Source of the DNA: an uncultured Clostridia bacterium
GTDB taxonomy: Bacteria; Bacillota; Clostridia; Christensenellales; HGM11417
Reading direction: 5' to 3'
DNA length: 64,000 nt
Assembly (NCBI GenBank): GCA_944332455.1
Contig: CALVJY010000003.1
Span: forward strand, 49,988 to 113,987
Shown here: piece by piece, positions 19,883 through 28,199 of the stretch
Numbering within the stretch: the first letter of the stretch is position 1
How the letters are laid out: each line of letters opens with the position of its first letter
Made by a program: the position numbers and the translations under genes
The notes under the pieces: model-generated
Seen by the model: the letters and a program-made list of their open reading frames with translations, nothing else
The model's database searches: none
Told to the model about the DNA's origin: nothing

Positions 19883-20653
19883 TCACATCAGACTTTTGAT
19901 CTGGCGCAGGGCGCTCTTTTCCAGCCGGGAGATCTGAGCCTGCGAGATCCCCACGCTGCGGGAGACCTCCATCTGGGTCTGACCCTCGAAGTAGCGGAGA
20001 TACAAAATCTCCCGTTCCCGTTCTTTCAGGGTCTCCATGGCCGCGAAGAGGGCGGCGTTTTCGGTCCAGCGCTCGTCGGTGTTTTTTTCGTCGCTGATCT
20101 GGTCCATCAGCAGAATGGCGTCGCCGTTCTTGCTGTAGACCGGCTCGTACAGCGAGACCGGCGTGCTGACCGCGTCCAGGGCGCAGGCCACCTCCTTCAG
20201 CGGCAGGTTCAGCCGCTCGGAGATCATCTCCAGGGGGACCTCCCGGTCCAGCTCCCGCTCCAGCTGCTCCCGGGCCTTGAGGGCGCGGTAGGCGGTGTCC
20301 CGGATGCTGCGGGCCACCCGCATGGAGTTGGCGTCCCGCAGATACCTGCGGATCTCCCCGATGATCATGGGGACGGCGTAGGTCGAAAAGCGCACCTTCA
20401 GGGTGACGTCGAAGTTGTCGATGGCCTTCATCAGCCCCACGCAGCCCACCTGGAAGAGATCGTCCGAGATCCCCTTGTTGGCCCAGTACTTCTGCAGGAC
20501 GGAGAGCACCAGCCGGAGATTGCCCATGATCAGATGATCCCGGGCCTCGGGGTCCCCCTCCTGCATACGGATGAGCAGCTCCTCGACCTCCCCCGCCTTG
20601 AGCTTGGGCAGGGAGGCCGTGTCGATGCCGCAGATCTCTACTTTGTTTGACAT
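19883..20653 (-). CDS. sigG: RNA polymerase sporulation sigma factor SigG
   Basis: Start trimmed to ATG 20653 (RBS AAGGAGAA). Begins MSNKVEICGIDTASLPKLK, with the blocks GNLRLVLSVLQKY and VSRSVGISQAQISRLEK. Position after sigE fits. Confidence 0.9.
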   Translation of the reverse strand: MSNKVEICGIDTASLPKLKAGEVEELLIRMQEGDPEARDHLIMGNLRLVLSVLQKYWANKGISDDLFQVGCVGLMKAIDNFDVTLKVRFSTYAVPMIIGEIRRYLRDANSMRVARSIRDTAYRALKAREQLERELDREVPLEMISERLNLPLKEVACALDAVSTPVSLYEPVYSKNGDAILLMDQISDEKNTDERWTENAALFAAMETLKEREREILYLRYFEGQTQMEVSRSVGISQAQISRLEKSALRQIKSLM

Positions 20654-20709
20654 ACCGTTCTCCTTTGCCGCAATCGAGAAAAACCCAATCCAAGCAAGGC
20701 CGGCCCTGT

Positions 20710-20739
20710 TAGTATGCCCGGCTCCCCGCCGAAACATAC
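20710..20739 (-). promoter_or_regulatory. Forespore (sigma-F/G type) promoter of sigG
   Basis: On the minus strand: GTATG-18 nt-CATACTA, about 55 nt upstream of the sigG ATG. It fits GHATR-17/18-CATnHTA. Confidence 0.55.
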
Positions 20740-20748
20740 CAGATTTTA

Positions 20749-20855
20749 CCTCTTCTTTTTCCTTCTCCTTTTTTTCCTCCCCTTCTAGCCCTCCCCCCTT
20801 CCGGATTCTTCCTTCCGACTTCTTTTCCCCCTTCCGACTTCTTTGCTCCCGCTCC
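20749..20855. repeat. Polypyrimidine (plus strand) / polypurine tract with CTTCCGACTTCTTT x2
   Basis: A pure 38-nt C/T run at 20749-20786. The tract stays about 90 percent pyrimidine to about 20855. Direct repeats at 20812-20825 and 20831-20844. Confidence 0.85.
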
Positions 20856-20900
20856 GGAGCGGAAAGGCGGCCAGGCCATCAAAAAACCTGATGATTTTGG

Positions 20901-20996
20901 GGCCGGCTGTTTTTGACTTTGCACAGATCTGAGGGCAAGGCCCCCACGAGGTCCCGTCATGCGGCCGGCTGTTTTGACCTCACAGATCCAAGGGAC
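20901..20996. repeat. Two copies of a roughly 35-bp direct repeat
   Basis: GGCCGGCTGTTTTTGACTTTGCACAGATCTGAGGGCA at 20901-20937 versus GGCCGGCTGTTTTGACCTCACAGATCCAAGGGACA at 20963-20996. Confidence 0.8.
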
Positions 20997-21018
20997 ATCG
21001 AAAAGCCGGATGACGGCA

Positions 21019-21056
21019 GCGCACCCCCGAAGGCCGGACGGCCTTCAGGGGTGCGC
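21019..21056. terminator. 17-bp GC-rich hairpin downstream of sigE
   Basis: GCGCACCCCCGAAGGCC-ggac-GGCCTTCAGGGGTGCGC, with one mismatch. The plus-strand side is T/C-rich; the minus-strand side has only a short U tract. Confidence 0.5.
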
Positions 21057-21184
21057 TTTCCCTTTCCTTTCCTTTTTTGTCTTGTCCGCAAAATGCCGGA
21101 GCCTTCAGACGCGATGAGAGCGTTTTTGAATTTTCAAAACCGGGATCTCTCCGGGAATTCCGGGGCCAAAAAACACCGCCGCCC

Positions 21185-21895
21185 TTACAGCGCGTGGCTC
21201 ATCTCCTTTTTGAGGCGGTTGATGATCTTCTTTTCCAGGCGGGATATGTAGGACTGCGAGATGCCCAGGCGGTCGGCGACTTCCTTCTGGGTCTGCTCCT
21301 GCTGGCCGTGCAGGCCGAATCTCAAGTCGATGATCTCCTGTTCCCGGCAGGACAGCTTGCCCAGGGAGGCGAACAGCAGATCTTTTTCGGCCGAGCGCTC
21401 GATGTCCTTGTAGACGATGTCGCAGTCGGTGCCCAGAATGTCGGACAGCAGCAGTTCGTTGCCCTCGTAGTCCACGTTCAGCGGCTCGTCGAAGGAGACT
21501 TCGGACTTGAGCTTGGAAATTCGGCGAAGGTGCATCAGGATCTCGTTTTCGATGCACCGGCTGGCATAGGTGGCCAGCTTAATGTTCTTTTCGGGCTTGA
21601 AGGAGTTGACCGCCTTGATCAGGCCGATGGTCCCCACCGAGATCATGTCCTCGGTCTCCACTCCGGTGTTCTCGAACTTTTTGGCCAGGTAGACCACCAG
21701 CCTTAAGTTGTGCTCGATCAGCTTGACTTTGGCGGTCTCGTCCCCCTCTCCGAAGCGCCGGACCAGGGCGGCCTCCTCCTCGGGCGCAAGGGGCTTGGGC
21801 AGGGCCTCGGAGCCGCAGATGTAAAAGAGGGCGCTTTCTCCCTCCCCGTTCATCCATTGCAGCAGTTTTTTGACCAATCTTTTGAAGGCGTCCAT
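21185..21895 (-). CDS. sigE: RNA polymerase sporulation sigma factor SigE (pro-sigma-E)
   Basis: Start trimmed to ATG 21895 (RBS GGAGGAGAG). Pro-sequence [15 protein letters not shown]...[14 protein letters not shown], then [15 protein letters not shown] and [12 protein letters not shown]. Confidence 0.9.
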   Translation of the reverse strand: MDAFKRLVKKLLQWMNGEGESALFYICGSEALPKPLAPEEEAALVRRFGEGDETAKVKLIEHNLRLVVYLAKKFENTGVETEDMISVGTIGLIKAVNSFKPEKNIKLATYASRCIENEILMHLRRISKLKSEVSFDEPLNVDYEGNELLLSDILGTDCDIVYKDIERSAEKDLLFASLGKLSCREQEIIDLRFGLHGQQEQTQKEVADRLGISQSYISRLEKKIINRLKKEMSHAL

Positions 21896-21924
21896 CTCTC
21901 TCCTCCGTAATTCTTTTTTGGCGG

Positions 21925-22740
21925 TCAGCCCTCCATCACCGAGGCCGGCAGCAGGACCTCGTAGCGCTCGGCGTCCCGGAAGCGCTGCGGGGTCACCCCG
22001 AAACAGACCTGACGGCGGGAAAAAGTTTGTCCACAATCTAGTATATCCACCCGATCGGCCATAAATGACAAAATTCTCCTTTTTTTGTCATGGGCCTGGA
22101 CCAGCTCGATGTAGTCCTCCTCGCCGGCCTTCAGGCAAAGCCCCAGAAAGTCCTCCCCGAACAGCCGGGCCGCCGCGTCGCAGGTGATGATGCAGACCCC
22201 CTTTCCGTCCTTGACCACCAGATTGCCGGTATCCAGCAGGGCCGAGGTCTTTAAGGTGTGTTTGCCGCAGGTGATGACCAGCTCCTTGAGCAGGCCGCCC
22301 AGCTTTTTCCGGCGCTCCAGCCAGCGGATCAGCCGGACCCCGCCCACGCCGCCGCCCAGTGCGCCCAGCGCCAGCAGGCCGACGGGAAACCCCTGATAGC
22401 CGAATCCTGCAAAAAAGTCCGCGCTCATCTGGTAGAGGGCGGTACAGGCCCCGCCCAGCAGAAAGGTCAGGGCAAAAAAGAGGCCCAGCCCCCTGAAAAA
22501 GTGCTTCTCTCCCGCTCCCGCCCAGTAGATCAGGACCCCGCACAGGGTCTTGAGCAGGAACAGCAGGAGGCCCTCCCAACGGACCTGCGGCAGGCAGAGC
22601 GCAAAGACCGAACCCAGCAGACTGCCCGCGACCAGCCGCCAGGCGGGAACTTCGGTCCGATTGAGTTTTGAGGTCAGCCACAGCAACAGCAGATCCATGC
22701 CGAAGTTGTCCGCCAGCACGACCTCGATGTAGACATCCAT
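21925..22740 (-). CDS. spoIIGA: Sigma-E processing peptidase SpoIIGA
   Basis: 271 aa. Multi-TM N-terminal half followed by the aspartic-protease motif ALLDTGN. Lies immediately upstream of sigE. Confidence 0.85.
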   Translation of the reverse strand: MDVYIEVVLADNFGMDLLLLWLTSKLNRTEVPAWRLVAGSLLGSVFALCLPQVRWEGLLLFLLKTLCGVLIYWAGAGEKHFFRGLGLFFALTFLLGGACTALYQMSADFFAGFGYQGFPVGLLALGALGGGVGGVRLIRWLERRKKLGGLLKELVITCGKHTLKTSALLDTGNLVVKDGKGVCIITCDAAARLFGEDFLGLCLKAGEEDYIELVQAHDKKRRILSFMADRVDILDCGQTFSRRQVCFGVTPQRFRDAERYEVLLPASVMEG

Positions 22741-22800
22741 CGCCTTTCCCTCTTGTGTCCCCTATTGTAGCAGATCGCGGACAAAAATAAGGTTCCCTTT

Positions 22801-22807
22801 TGTCGAA
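22801..22807 (+). promoter_or_regulatory. Spo0A-box-like heptamer TGTCGAA upstream of spoIIGA
   Basis: An exact match to the TGNCGAA 0A box, 61-67 nt upstream of the spoIIGA ATG. A TACAAT -10 lies on the minus strand at 22764-22769. Confidence 0.35.
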
Positions 22808-22979
22808 AGGGCCGGGCAATTTTTAAGGCCGCTCCGCAGACGCCCGTGCGCCGCCGCCAGATCTTGCCCGTCTTGCCCAAAATCGCCGCAAAATCCTGAA
22901 CTCATCTCAGGGAGATCTCGGAAAAGGGAAGGAAAACTGTGCCGGCTCTCGTGAAATTTCGCAAAGAGGGGAAAAATCC

Positions 22980-23008
22980 TTGACACGGCGGGCGGGATGG
23001 GGTACAAT
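22980..23008 (+). promoter_or_regulatory. Consensus sigma-A promoter (TTGACA-17-TACAAT) driving the THF riboswitch/folT
   Basis: TTGACA at 22980-22985, an exact 17-nt spacer, and TACAAT at 23003-23008. Confidence 0.8.
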
Positions 23009-23013
23009 AGAGA

Positions 23014-23110
23014 CAGCAGAGTAGCTTAAGGTGCGTTAAGTGTTGCGGGATGGGATGTTGCCCGCAAACGAAAGAAGAAATTCTGCGGTACCTTTTGCGC
23101 GTCCGTTGCA
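23014..23110 (+). promoter_or_regulatory. THF (tetrahydrofolate, folT-motif) riboswitch aptamer
   Basis: The conserved blocks appear in order: AGAGTAG ... GCGTTAAGTG ... hairpin TTGCGGG/CCCGCAA around ATGGGATGT ... ACGAA ... GCGGT ... GCGCGTCCGTTGC. They match my recollection of the THF-I consensus (Rfam RF01831, Eubacterium siraeum structure). An ECF S-component gene lies downstream. Confidence 0.8.
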
Positions 23111-23180
23111 ATGTCCCGGCCCGGGTGGGCGCGGGATCTCTTTCAATGGACCTCTCCGAACTCACGGGAGGTTTTTTCTT

Positions 23181-23789
23181 ATGTCCAAAAGGCTTTCACC
23201 GACTGCCAGGCTGACCTACGCCGCCGTGCTGACCGCCCTCTGCGTGGTCTGCAACTGCTTCACCGTCACCTTTCCCGGCAGTCCCCAGGCGCTCTCCTTC
23301 AACTATGTGCCCACTTTTCTGGCCGGCATCATCCTGGGTCCCTTCTGGGGACTGGCCGTCGGCCTGTTGGGCGACGTGCTGGGGGCCATCGTGCACCCGC
23401 TGGGGCCCTATCTGCCCCTCATCGGCCTGGCCTCCGCCCTCATGGGCGGCATTCCGGGCGCCGTGTTCCGCTGGGTCAAGGGAAACGACTATGTCAAACT
23501 GACCCTCAGCCTGCTGCTGGTCTTTGTGATCTGCTCCGCCGGACTGAACACCTATGCCCTGTACGCGGCTTACGCGGCCTCCGGCGGCAAGACCTTTTGG
23601 GTCTATCTGTCCGCGCGGCTCCCCATGCAGGCTCTCGTTCTGGTCATCAACGCCGCCATTCTGTTTGCTCTGCGGGCCAGCCGCCTGCTCGAGCGCCTGC
23701 GCCTGATCCCCGCCCAGGCAAAACCCCGGGATCCCGGAAGCAAGGAAGGCGCTCCCTCGGACGCCCCCTCCGACCTCCCCAAGACCTGA
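23181..23789 (+). CDS. folT: ECF transporter S component, folate family
   Basis: Start trimmed to ATG 23181 (RBS GGGAGG). About 202 aa. A multi-TM small S-component pattern, directly preceded by a THF riboswitch. Confidence 0.75.
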   Translation: MSKRLSPTARLTYAAVLTALCVVCNCFTVTFPGSPQALSFNYVPTFLAGIILGPFWGLAVGLLGDVLGAIVHPLGPYLPLIGLASALMGGIPGAVFRWVKGNDYVKLTLSLLLVFVICSAGLNTYALYAAYAASGGKTFWVYLSARLPMQALVLVINAAILFALRASRLLERLRLIPAQAKPRDPGSKEGAPSDAPSDLPKT

Positions 23790-23806
23790 CCAAAAAACAG
23801 ACCAAA

Positions 23807-23888
23807 GGCCCCGATCCATGGAGATGCACCCTAAAAGCCTGTCCAACTTTGGGAGTGCAATATCACGTGCCTGATCCGGGGCCTTTTT
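23807..23888 (+). terminator. Long-loop hairpin plus T tract after folT
   Basis: GGCCCCGATC ... GATCCGGGGCC followed by TTTTTATTTT. Confidence 0.45.
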
Positions 23889-24178
23889 ATTTTCCGCTTG
23901 TTTTCCGGGCAATGATGTCGGGAGGAGATCTCCTTTGGGGGCTTCCCTTCTTTTTTGAAAACCGATCCTGCGGGAGACGAAGCCCTTGGGCGTTCCCGAA
24001 AGGGTTATAAGAAAAAATTTAAAAAAAGAGGTCTGAATCAAAGAATTTCGACAGAGATCGGCCCTCCGGCCTGGGCCGCCCTTGAAAACAACGCGTACCT
24101 CAGCCCCTGCCCCTTTCCGGACTTGACAGGACGGCCTTTCCGTGCTATAATGTGGAAAATGGATACGGAGGTATCGTT

Positions 24179-24751
24179 ATGTTCAAAGATCTGGGCGTTC
24201 AGCCCTACACTTTTCCGATGCCCGTCCTGCTGATCGCGACCTACAACGAGGACGGCAGCGTGGACGTCATGAACATGGCCTGGGGCGGGGTGTGCGCCGA
24301 GAACATGGTGGCCCTCAACCTCGACGAGGATCACAAGACCAGCCGGAACCTCAAGGCCCGCGGCGCCTTTACCCTGAGCATTGCAGACCTTCCGCACATC
24401 AGGGAGGCCGACTTTTTCGGCATCGCCACCGGCAACAAGATGAAGGACAAATTCGAGCGCTCCGGCCTGCACGCCCAAAAGAGCGCCCGGGTGGACGCTC
24501 CCGTGGTCGAGGAATTTCCCCTCACCCTGGAATGCAAGGTCGTCGAATGTCAGCACACGGTGTACGGCTTCCGGGTCCTCGGGGAGATCGTCAACGTGCT
24601 GGCCGACGAAAAAGTGCTGGACGAAAAGGGCAAGGTGGATCCTGCCAGACTGAACGCCTTTGTGTTCGACCCCTTCCGGAGCGGCTACTATGCCATCGGC
24701 GAAAAGGTCGGACAGGCCTGGCACACCGGGGCCGAACTGGTCAAAAAGTAA
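24179..24751 (+). CDS. Flavin reductase-like FMN-binding domain protein
   Basis: Start trimmed to ATG 24179 (RBS GGAGGT). PVLLIATYNEDGSVDVMNMAWGG...FTLSI... matches the flavin reductase family. Confidence 0.75.
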   Translation: MFKDLGVQPYTFPMPVLLIATYNEDGSVDVMNMAWGGVCAENMVALNLDEDHKTSRNLKARGAFTLSIADLPHIREADFFGIATGNKMKDKFERSGLHAQKSARVDAPVVEEFPLTLECKVVECQHTVYGFRVLGEIVNVLADEKVLDEKGKVDPARLNAFVFDPFRSGYYAIGEKVGQAWHTGAELVKK

Positions 24752-24843
24752 TTCTTTTTGCCGAACGGATAAGGGAAGAGCGCGCCCTACAAGCTCCTTT
24801 CGGCAAAAGAACGGAGCTTAAAGCGGCATGGCTATGAAATAAA

Positions 24844-24858
24844 AAATCTTTCAATAAT
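24844..24858 (-). repeat. AT-rich 15-mer motif copy (reverse complement ATTATTGAAAGATTT)
   Basis: Read directly. Lies in the convergent spacer between flavin reductase and MATE. Confidence 0.8.
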
Positions 24859-24873
24859 CAAAAAAATCAAAAA

Positions 24874-24896
24874 AGGACGGCCTTTTCGGTCGTCCT
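24874..24896. terminator. Bidirectional terminator between convergent genes
   Basis: AAAAAA-GGACGGCC-tttt-cGGTCGTCC-TTTTCCC. Confidence 0.6.
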
Positions 24897-24935
24897 TTTC
24901 CCGTTCCCATTCTTTTTAGGTTTTTCAAGTCCCCC

Positions 24936-26321
24936 TCATGCCCGGCCGGCGGGCTCCACCCGAACGGCTTCTCTCTTCCGGAGGATGCGGTTGATCAGAC
25001 AAAGATAGACCGCCGTCGAGACGAGGCTTCCCGCCGCGTCCGCGATGGGTTCGGCCCAGAAGGCGGCAGAGGCCCCCGAAAAAGCCGGGAGCAGCAGGGT
25101 CAGGGGAAGCATCAGCACGATCTTTCGGAACATCGACAGGGAAATGGCGGCCGGCGCGATCCCCAGGGCCGTCAGACCGTCCACAAAGGCGTACTGAAAG
25201 GCCAGCGGGATGATCATCATGGAGTAGACGCCGATGTTTTCCGCGGTCAGCGAGATGACCTCCTCGTCCGACGTGAAGATCCTGGCAAAGGCCGAGCCGC
25301 CGAACCGCGAGACCAGAAACATGACCGAGGTAAAGATCAGGCAGGCGCAGAGGATGACGGCCTGTCCCCTCTTGACCCGGGCCGAATTCTGGGCGCCGTA
25401 GTTGAAACTGAGGATGGGTTGGGTGCCGCCGGTGATCCCGCCCAGCGGCATGGTCACCAGGGACATGAAGGAGAGCACGATGGTGGCGGCCGTGATCAGG
25501 GTGTCCCCCGCCTCTCCGCCGTAGCGCTGCAGCACGGCGTTGAGGGCCAGGATCATGACGCTGTCGGTCATGATGATCAGAAAGGGAGAGAACCCCAGAA
25601 GCAGGACTTTCCCCATGATTTTTCTGGCGTAGCCCGAGAAGGTGATGCGCACCTGAGGCCGGCGCCCGAACAGAAAGATCAGCGTAAAGGCGGCCGAACA
25701 GGCCTGCGAGATCACGGTGGCCACGGCCGCGCCCATCACGTTCCAGCCGAAGCCAAAGATGAACAGCGGATCCAGGGCAATGTTGGTGACCGCCCCGACC
25801 AGCACGGTCAGCATCCCGGCCTTGGCGTGTCCCTGGCAGACGATAAAGGAGTTCAGCCCCGTGCTCAGGATGGCAAAGATCGTCCCGGCGGCATACCAGG
25901 TCAGATATTCGTCGGCATAGGCAAAGGTGTTGGGGCCGGCCCCGAACCAGTTCAGAAAAGAGCCCTTGAAGCAGAAGACGACCGCCGTCAGCAGGACCGA
26001 AACGCCCGCCAGCAGCACAAAGCAGTTGGCCAGAATGGCCCGGGCGGCCGGAAGATTTTTTTCGCCCATGCGGATGGTCAACAAGGGGGCGCCGCCCAGT
26101 CCGATCCAGGAGGCAAAAGAGGAAATGGCGGTCACCAGAGGGCCGCACACCCCGACGCCCGCCAGCGCCATGGTCCCGATCTCCGGGATATGTCCGATGT
26201 AGATGCGGTCCACGATGCTGTAGAGCACGTTGACAAATTGCGCCAGCATGGCCGGCACCGCCAGACTGAGCACCAGTTTGGCTATGGGATCTTTTCCCAG
26301 ATCCAGAGACTTTCCCGTCAT
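24936..26321 (-). CDS. MATE family efflux transporter
   Basis: 461 aa, 12-TM pattern. The N-terminus PIAKLVLSLAVPAMLAQFVNVLYSIVDRIYIGH is typical of MATE/NorM. Confidence 0.9.
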   Translation of the reverse strand: MTGKSLDLGKDPIAKLVLSLAVPAMLAQFVNVLYSIVDRIYIGHIPEIGTMALAGVGVCGPLVTAISSFASWIGLGGAPLLTIRMGEKNLPAARAILANCFVLLAGVSVLLTAVVFCFKGSFLNWFGAGPNTFAYADEYLTWYAAGTIFAILSTGLNSFIVCQGHAKAGMLTVLVGAVTNIALDPLFIFGFGWNVMGAAVATVISQACSAAFTLIFLFGRRPQVRITFSGYARKIMGKVLLLGFSPFLIIMTDSVMILALNAVLQRYGGEAGDTLITAATIVLSFMSLVTMPLGGITGGTQPILSFNYGAQNSARVKRGQAVILCACLIFTSVMFLVSRFGGSAFARIFTSDEEVISLTAENIGVYSMMIIPLAFQYAFVDGLTALGIAPAAISLSMFRKIVLMLPLTLLLPAFSGASAAFWAEPIADAAGSLVSTAVYLCLINRILRKREAVRVEPAGRA

Positions 26322-26467
26322 GTTCTTCGGCCTTTGTAAAAAAGTTCACCGATTTTCCCAAGTCCCTATTATAATCCTTTCCCCCCAAAAAGACAAACGC
26401 TTTTTCAGGCTTTTACAAAAAAAAGACCGGAGCAAGCTTCCGATCTTTCGCGCGGGCAGGGAGATCT

Positions 26468-26617
26468 TTACCAATCCTCCTTGACCGAGACCTTGACGTC
26501 GTCGTAAAAGGCCCGATAGCGGGCCGAAAAGTCCTCCTCTTCCTCCTCGAAGTCCGAACTCTCCACGGCGTCGTCGTCCTGATTTTCGCTCAGCCGCATC
26601 AAACGGTAATCATCCAT
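26468..26617 (-). CDS. Small acidic hypothetical protein (about 49 aa)
   Basis: MDDYRLMRLSENQDDDAVESSDFEEEEEDFSARYRAFYDDVKVSVKEDW. It lies 50 nt downstream of the preceding ORF. I recognise no family. Confidence 0.35.
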   Translation of the reverse strand: MDDYRLMRLSENQDDDAVESSDFEEEEEDFSARYRAFYDDVKVSVKEDW

Positions 26618-26669
26618 CGCGTTCTCCTGTAACAATACAATTTTTGAGGCACCCGGTCCCCTCACCTTT

Positions 26670-27026
26670 TCAGTTCCTGCCCCGCTCCTTCAGAATTTTG
26701 GCCCTGGCCGCGGCATAGCGCTCGGACAGGCGGAAAATGTAGCGCTGGCGCCCCTCGTAGTCCAGCCCCTCCAGCTCGGTGTCGTCCATCAGCAGCCGGA
26801 GCGGATTGGAAATGCAGTCCTCGTTGTCCACGATCTCGGCCACTTTCCGCAGAAAGAGCGGATCCTCCTCGGCGGACGGCTCGGTCCGGACCGAAACTTG
26901 CGCGGCGGCCGCTTCGTCCACGGCCTCCGCCAGGGCGAGCTCCTCCTTGCGCTCCTGCCAAAAACCGTTGCAGAGCCGGGCCTTGGCCTCCTTGGAATAC
27001 TCCCGGATTCCCTTTTCTTGCACCAT
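26670..27026 (-). CDS. Hypothetical protein (118 aa)
   Basis: ATG start with good codon usage. MVQEKGIREYSKEAKARLCNGFWQERKEEL... I recognise no family. Confidence 0.5.
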   Translation of the reverse strand: MVQEKGIREYSKEAKARLCNGFWQERKEELALAEAVDEAAAAQVSVRTEPSAEEDPLFLRKVAEIVDNEDCISNPLRLLMDDTELEGLDYEGRQRYIFRLSERYAAARAKILKERGRN

Positions 27027-27118
27027 GATTCATCACCTTCCCTTTTGAAAAAAAGTTTGAGATTTCGACAAAATAAAAGAAAAAACGACCGGAGCAGGTC
27101 ACAGTCGTTCCATTCTTT

Positions 27119-27298
27119 TCAGGATTTGTAGCTGCGCTTTCTGGCAGCCTCAGATTTTTTCTTGCGCTTGACGCTGGGTTTTTCGTAATGCTCCCTCTTC
27201 CTCAGGTCGCTGATGATGCCGTCGCGTGCGCACTTTCTTTTGAAGCGGCGAATGGCGCTGTCGAGAGATTCATTCTCGCCCACTCTGATGGTAGACAT
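27119..27298 (-). CDS. rpsU: 30S ribosomal protein S21
   Basis: My own translation (59 aa, below the ORF-track cutoff): [70 protein letters not shown]. Confidence 0.9.
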   Translation of the reverse strand: MSTIRVGENESLDSAIRRFKRKCARDGIISDLRKREHYEKPSVKRKKKSEAARKRSYKS

Positions 27299-27352
27299 GC
27301 CTTCAACCCTCCTTCCGCAATAAAAACTTTCCAGGGGAAAAATGCTGGTACT

Positions 27353-27382
27353 ATTTTACCATGTCCGAGGGGAAAAAGTCAA
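27353..27382 (-). promoter_or_regulatory. Sigma-A promoter of rpsU
   Basis: On the minus strand: TTGACT-18-TGgTAAAAT. Confidence 0.6.
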
Positions 27383-27457
27383 GCGATTTCGGCGGCCAAT
27401 CTCAACCGAAAAACAAAATTTTTCCGCCGCGGACCCAATTTGGCAGAGGCCCCGGAC

Positions 27458-27799
27458 TCAGGCCGGGTTCCAGGCCATTTTTTTGCCGGCCAGGATGTGG
27501 ACGTGCAGATGAAAGACGGTCTGCCCGGCGTCCGGCCCCTGGTTGATGATCAGGCGGTAGCCGTTTTCCAGCCCCAGCAGGCCGGTCAGGGAGGGCAGTT
27601 TTTTCAGGCACTTGCCCAAAACGGCGGCCTGCTCGTCGGTCATCTCCTCCAGGCGGGCAAAGTGCGCCTTGGGGACCATCAGGTAGTGCTTGGGCGCCTT
27701 GGGGTCGATGTCGCAGAAGATGTACATCTCCTCGTCCTCGTACATTTTTTTGGAGGGGATCTCCCCCGCGATGATCTTACAGAACAGACAATCTTCCAT
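27458..27799 (-). CDS. HIT family (histidine triad) protein
   Basis: 113 aa beginning CLFCKIIAGEIPS, with the HLHVHIL histidine triad. Confidence 0.9.
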   Translation of the reverse strand: MEDCLFCKIIAGEIPSKKMYEDEEMYIFCDIDPKAPKHYLMVPKAHFARLEEMTDEQAAVLGKCLKKLPSLTGLLGLENGYRLIINQGPDAGQTVFHLHVHILAGKKMAWNPA

Positions 27800-27933
27800 G
27801 GCGATCGTTCTCCTTTTCGTTTTTCGGCGATCGGCGGCGCTCCCCTAGGGTTCCGCCTTTTCATTTTTTTCTATTATACCACAACAGTCCCGATTTTTCA
27901 ACTCAACCGGGCGCCTGTCCGGTTGAAATTCCC

Positions 27934-27971
27934 GCATAGTACTATGCAAAACACCCTGTTTTCATAGTACT
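27934..27971 (+). repeat. Palindromic dispersed repeat, copy c
   Basis: GCATAGTACTATGCAAAACACCCTGTTTTCATAGTACT, preceded by CCC. Confidence 0.9.
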
Positions 27972-28199
27972 TACAGAAAAATCAGGGGCTTTCCTTGGAG
28001 GCGAAAATCCGAGCCTTGACAATTCCAAGTATGAAAGTTACTTTGGAAAACCTCTTGGCTATTTTCGCAAATCTGACAGATCATGTGTTGCGCAGCGGTG
28101 AATTTTGTTCTTGAAACCTCGTTTTGCTCCCCTCTGCAAAACCCCTTTTGCGTAAATGTGCGGCCAAATCAAAAACGCCCTTTCCCTTGCGCAAGACGA

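Noticed and set aside
20709-20960. An 83-aa minus-strand ORF in the sigE-sigG spacer (Lys/Gly/Arg/Glu-rich).
   Set aside because: It is a translation of the polypurine tract. It has no RBS and overlaps the sigG promoter.
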